From the NCBI GenBank assembly GCA_051362555.1, contig CM120645.1, forward strand, positions 9,548,001 to 9,612,000: a stretch of DNA of 64,000 nucleotides, read 5' to 3'. A program made the translations under genes and the position numbers. Positions 1-64,000 of this stretch are shown here, in pieces (position 1 is the stretch's first letter; each line of letters begins with the position of its first letter). The notes beneath the pieces were generated by a model. The model saw only the letters and a list, made by a program, of their open reading frames with translations. It had not been told where the DNA came from and did not search any database. Source of the DNA: Lingula anatina (lineage: Eukaryota; Animalia; Brachiopoda).

Positions 1-2678
1 TGATATTCAAACATTGGGATTGCAGTGTTTTTGAAAGCAACAGCTGTATTTCTCGTTCCACGAACACTTTACGTGTTTCTAGAAAATTTATGGGAGTTTT
101 AATAAGTTTTCTTTCTTAAGTAGCAGGGTAATGTGACATAATTTCTGAACAGCTCCTCTTTGTTGGCATTGCGTTCACTGATGCAGACAAGGCCCCATTT
201 CATGAAAAAATATGGTTTTGGTTTTCAAGAGCACTTGTATGAAATATTGCATAGTTCTATGCCTGTGGCGACTCTCTTTTAAACTTGTGACAAATTTGCC
301 AGAAGAAGTTTTATCATGCAAAAATGCAAGAACCTGAAAATTATATTGCAAACATTTTGCAAATTTCAGATCTGCTCTTGCAGATTTGCACAGCACATTT
401 TTGCGCAAGCTATTGCAAACTCTTGCAAGTTCCTTGAGATGATTTGTTGCAAATTTGCTGCAAACTTCTTAATTTTTTAAAACTTTGATAAGCAACTTAG
501 CACTGTTTGGTCTTTCTCATGTTCTTTTAAGGTTTCAATTTCATCTGGTCTCTCAATCAATTAAAGCCATTCTATGTGCAAACTTTTAATTGTGAATAAA
601 ATTAAGGTATTGAAATATTGAATATCCCCTTACAAGATATTATTGTTTTGTATCGTTTTGACTTCAGTATGTTTTCATGAAAAAACTACCCCCCCCCCCC
701 CCCCCACCTACCCTCCCTAGTAATATTCAATTGCATGCCGGTTGTCCTATTACTTGGTGTGTGGTAACATTATAATAAGCCTCCTTTATTACATGGTTCA
801 TTTCTCTCTGAGGGCTGTCACAAGTGCACTTGCTTCCCCTTTCCTTTAATAAAGAGGTTTGACATGATTTATGATTTAGCTAAGTGGAAGTGTAAGGAGG
901 TAGCAAGACCATGTAACTACCATATTATATGTAGTTGTTAAATTCAGTTTTCCTGCATAACTTCATGTAGAATGTCCCTATGCTGTAACATTGTGCAGTA
1001 GCTAGTTTTTAAGTAAATTACAAAGTTAATTACAAATAATCAAAGTTAGACTTATCTAAAATGCTTAACTGCAAGACATTTAGTTGTTATGGAATCAATG
1101 TTTCAACTGAACTAGATATATTAGGGTCCTTCATTAACTTACAGGGTTGTTATTGTAGTCTGGCAAAATTGAACTTGTCAATGTTCACTAAAAATAGGAA
1201 AAAAGCATGCAGCCCCAAGCAGTTCATTTTGAAAATAAGCATACAGCAGCATCATCAGCAAGTGGTTTCCATTACAGATTGAGCTTTAACATTTGGTACT
1301 CCAAAAGAAACTTCATTACTTATTCATAAAACTTGACAACTTGTTTTCTTTGAAATAACAATAGAGAGAAATCCATTAAGTATCTGAAAGGAGACGATAA
1401 GATAATATTTACCTGTAGTCTAACTACCCGTTTTTGATTATTGAATTTCTTTGCAGTTGTATAAGTTACAATATTCCATCACACTATAAATAGATGCTGA
1501 TTTTCATTCACGTTCAGGCCCTCTGTTGGTTTGTTTTGTGCCCAAACTTTTTTTTTTTTTGAATAAGTATTATTTTAGATTTAATAAATAGCTTATTTCT
1601 GAAAGACATTGCAACTTTGCAATTTTTAAATAGCACTCTTGATGATTTTCTAAAAACAATATGTTAATAGTCTTCCACCCAATAAAAAAATTTTTTAAAA
1701 ACTTTTTAGAATCATTTTTATAAATGTTACTAAAACAGGAAGCCCCCTTTTGTATGTTCTGTTTAAAATTCGGAGGAGCAGGCTGTTGATATTTGATATC
1801 AGATTTCCTAGCAACAGCTTGACAGGGACCTTTCCCCACTGTTTACAGACCAGCTTTCCTGTCATCTGAGGTCTTTGTTAAGAGACAGGTAACCTTAACA
1901 GCCAAAACACCTGTTTAAATAAGTGAAATATCAGCCGGCTCATGATATTTGGCAATGCTTTACCATTGACAGTTTGACAGGAAAGTGTGCACAATACTAA
2001 TGTGGGACTTAAGAATGAAATAGGACAGATACACAAACGCAGTATATTTTACCTGGCTTAATAACATTTTCAGATTCTTTTCCAGTGGAAATTTATTGAA
2101 TTTGACTATCTATGCATGTAGTCATTGACTTTCTCAATCACATATGCTGGGTTTTGTCAGCTTAGCCTTTTTCAACAAATAATTTATCCTTAGACATTAC
2201 ATAGAATTAATTAAACATGTTAAGCTTCTCTGTTTTTTGTGGCCTTTGTCACATTTTAAATAAATCAATTTTTCAATTCAAATCCATCTCTAGCCAACAG
2301 ATTAAACTTTTGTCATAAATCAAGCATACAGCACAACTTTCTTTTTTGTCTGGTCGATTTACCACCTGTTCTATATCCCAGCGTAACACTACTCTCGACA
2401 TAATACATAACTTGAGAGAATCAAATTGTTGCATCACATTAAAAATACATGGATACCTAATAAAGACCCTGTCCTTATATTATTGTCAACATAAGACCTT
2501 ATTGTGTGTATTTTATCAAGTGGAATATACACAAGCATGTACAAACACCTGTGGGGCAGGGAGGCAAACATAACCTGTGTATCTTGTACAGAGTTAATTG
2601 GATTTTCCGATACATTGACTTCTAATTTTTTGTGATATTCATTGGGCTATGGATCTGTCTGTCTGCTTTGTCCCATAG

Positions 2679-2699
2679 AGACGGCTTTCTTCAAGAAGT
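2679..2699 (+). CDS. Candidate 21-nt upstream dynein microexon (xTAFFKK)
   Basis: gtctgctttgtcccatag|AGACGGCTTTCTTCAAGAAGT|gttaga; ends in phase 1, matching exon 3261; the preceding exon is not visible. Confidence 0.3.
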
Positions 2700-3260
2700 G
2701 TTAGAGTCTTTGGTTTTTAATTGAGAACTGCAGACAGGTGGTTTTGGTCAATATGTTTGGGTTTGCTGTATGAATGTGTGGGGATGTGACATATACAAAT
2801 TTATAGGTACATGTACATGTATCGAGCAGATCTTGTTAAGTTTCCTTTCATTTCTTTTTTTTTTCTTCTTCTTCTTTTTTTTTTTTTTTTCTTTTTTTCT
2901 TTTTTTTTTTTGGGGGGGGGGCATGTGCTGCATATTCAGTGTGATAGGTGAGTCCAATTTAAAAAAAAATTATTTGCCTCGGACATATAACAACACAGAC
3001 AGATTATTTACACATTTGTAAAAATGTTCATGTATGTTGAGTTGTCCGATCTTCCCTTGCATGGAAGTTAGTCATTGATACTCACTTCAAAGTCTCCAGA
3101 AAATAATAATAATAATAATAATAATAACAATAATAATACCTACTCTCCCACTCCCAAAAAAAGAGTTTCAAATATTTAAAAGAGTTTATATGCGTATATA
3201 GAAGTCATGTCATACAAAAAAAGATTGGAGTGTCTGTCAAGGTAATTGTTGTATTTCAAG

Positions 3261-55722
<52,462 letters not shown>

Positions 55723-57490
55723 TTAGAGGGAAAAGTTGGGTAGAGGGTACCTGTTGTCTCCCAGAACAACTACTAACTGCTAGGAAACAAAGGAGGTTAA
55801 GAGCAATATTAATAAATTGTACTATATGGAACTTTAAAAACTTAAAGGCTGTCCTCTTTGATTAAGTAAGAGGTTAACCCACAGGGTCCTCATAAAAACT
55901 TCACTAGGGCAGTAGAAGAGAGAAATATTTTTTTATTAATGTGAAATGCAGCATTGAAATGTGTATGTATTATTTTTCTTGATAACCGTAAAACGTGAGC
56001 ATTTCTTTACAATGGAATTTGTATATTTTCTATTAGAGGTTTTTTAGTATATTTTTATCAGCATGTAAATTTATATGGACATTGTGTATGTATATAGATA
56101 GACTTTGTATATAAAGAGATTTTAAAAGATATACCACCATATTCTGACTGTGATGCTATTTACCCGTCCTATTATTCAGACCCACAAGGTATTATGATAA
56201 TCATAATTTATTATAAGTAGATGTGCATATGCATTTTTTGTTACTTTTTATATAATATTTTGTAATTCAAACTGTCAGCTGTTGCTCGCATATCTGCTCA
56301 ATTTGTTGGTGTTTTTAAAGTGAAACTTTTGATGTTGGAAAATGCAAGGTAAAAGCTATACAGTTATCAAACACATTTTTGACGAATTTTTAATGTATAT
56401 AACAAATGACATTTGAGGTAGTGCTCCTCATTTCACTAGGGTGTTCCGTACTTGTCATTGGATTCAGTGTTCATTTACATTTAGGCAATCAGTGTTAATT
56501 TGTTACAGTTAGTCACATATCTTTTTGTACTGTCACATTAATTAATTGACAAATCAAATAATTTTATTTTTTGTGGATTTTGCACATAGTCAGTTTAAAA
56601 AGTACCCTTTCACATTTTCCAATAGTCAGTTGAACAAATCATTTAGCTACACTTATATGTAGTGCTACCAAGAGTCAGATTTTACACTATATTTGTAGTT
56701 TTTTTTTTTTTTTTTTTTTTTTTTTAGCTTTTCTAGTAATATATTCAGGTAAACCCATGACAATCATCAAGCGGGTACAAAGGCAAACAGAGTCAGTTTG
56801 TAGTACCAAAGATAAATTGTGTTGCATTAAGTACAAGGTAGATCTTCTGTATGCACCCCTCCCCAGGACATAGTATTCTATCAGAATTCAGAATTCTTGT
56901 ATTATGATTTTTTTAAAATTACATATGATCTTACTCTCTATGTGAAAAAGTGATCTTTACATTAAGTATTTCGTAAATTAAGTTGGGGGAATGAGATGTT
57001 GAAGCATTCATCTTTCAATAATATTTTGCTTTATTCTGATTTAAACTCACATTTTTATTTCAAGTTTAAATGTTTTGTCTTTTTTTTAGAAACAAAATAA
57101 TTAAATTTAGCTGAATTATGAAAACCTGACGTATCTTAGCATTTGGGGACATTTGATAGATTGGTGTTGCTCATATTCAGAACATTCCTGGGAACTTTTT
57201 TTTATATAAGAGGCAACTTAAGTTATTATTATTATGCCTTGAATAGGGTTTTGTTAAAGAGGATGAAATTGTGAATATTTTCAATATGCAGCATTCACTG
57301 TGCCTTATTGTTTCTTAGAATGAATGGTTGTGAAAATAATTTGATAGCTCTGAGCTCTCACAGTCTGTGCTGAGTACGTGTTTTTCACATCAAACTTGTT
57401 TTTGTCGAAGTGGTCGTAGATTGTACAAAATGCCAAAGCTATATGGCAAAAGGAAAATGTCTTCTCTTGTAGATAAGGCTGTAATACATG

Positions 57491-57496
57491 AATAAA
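57491..57496 (+). promoter_or_regulatory. Putative distal poly(A) signal of the dynein (proximal alternative AATAAA at 55811)
   Basis: AATAAA at the end of a T-rich + strand 3'UTR-like stretch; base skew flips to A-rich shortly afterwards. Confidence 0.45.
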
Positions 57497-57680
57497 GCCA
57501 TATTTTCAGTAAAATGCGTCATGACATGTTCATTAATTTTCTTGAATTGAGGATTCAAATGTGGCGCTCAAAACAATTAGTTTGTTTAAACAAAGTGAAC
57601 AACAACTATGTGTGCAATCTGGTTTCCCTTGACATGAATAGAAATGACCTAAAGAAGAATACACACAAGTGATATAAATG

Positions 57681-57686
57681 TTTATT
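57681..57686 (-). promoter_or_regulatory. Putative poly(A) signal of SMC1
   Basis: TTTATT on + (AATAAA on -) about 690 nt past the SMC1 stop, followed on - by GT/T-rich sequence. Confidence 0.5.
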
Positions 57687-58369
57687 ATATTAAGCTAAAA
57701 ATCTAGACTTTTAAACAACATGTTTACAGTTACAAAAAAGCATTTAAATTGAAAAAAAATGTTCCTTCATTTCACAAGTGATTCTGAAGAACTACAATTT
57801 TGACAATCCATTTTGTACCAATATTTTCGATTTGTCAACTTGAATAAAAGACTTTCTAACGTTATGTCCAGAGGCATCCTAAAAGTCTTAAAATACCTAC
57901 ATAATTTCTCATTTTAGACCAAAGAAGCTCCATCTGACATCATACATAATGCCATAATAAACTTTGACATGGATCTACAAGACTAACTTGTAAATCTTAA
58001 AAACTGTAAAAGAATCGACTTACTTTGCTGACATTATATCAAACAAACATCAACTTAAACATTTAACACATTAACATTTTCAATCCTGGGTTCATAAATC
58101 TTTACACTTTAAAAAAGAAAATGCTTCCATCTGTTTTTAACAAATAAAATACACATGCATTCTTTTCAAAATCTCCTCCCACTTTAATTTTAGATCCAAA
58201 GGAATGCCCAAAGCATAGCAAGTTATTGCAAAATGTCCATTTTCTCTTCTTTTATTATCATATGGAACACATTGTGACCACATTTTGTGCTCTTCACTCA
58301 CAAATCCTACACTGCAATATCTGCTAGCAGCTCCCCCTATATTGTCTGCAATGTGACAAGTGGCTCCAC

Positions 58370-64000
<5,631 letters not shown>

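Noticed and set aside
1849-1888. Exon-like unit tttacag|40 nt|gtaacc
   Set aside because: 40 nt; the frame needed to join exon 3261 contains TGA. Could be a UTR exon but is unsupported.
175-3021. Short ORFs in the first 3 kb, including poly-K and poly-F ORFs at 2748-3021
   Set aside because: They arise from a poly-T tract and AT-rich or GCAA-rich repeat-like sequence; no recognisable protein features.

Overview
AT-rich metazoan genomic DNA. Intron style and repeat families suggest a bivalve mollusc such as an oyster (inference). Two convergent intron-rich genes: (1) a + strand axonemal dynein heavy chain of the single-headed inner-arm DNAH3/7/12 group, closest by recall to DNAH3, with about 77 canonical exons from 3261 to the stop at 55722 and its start not seen; (2) the 3' part of cohesin SMC1 on the - strand, from 58370 to beyond 64000. 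The dynein introns hold several MITE families and a ~3.8 kb TTAA-flanked TIR element carrying a decayed spliced antisense gene. Main observation: each of the five long dynein introns (>1.4 kb) holds one or more frame- and phase-preserving cassette exons of 6, 9, 24, 18, 24, 141 and 6 nt, suggesting a microexon splicing programme in a ciliary motor. A tandem triplication of an exon end plus its donor site differs only at synonymous positions. All coordinates were read by hand; no expression or database evidence was available.
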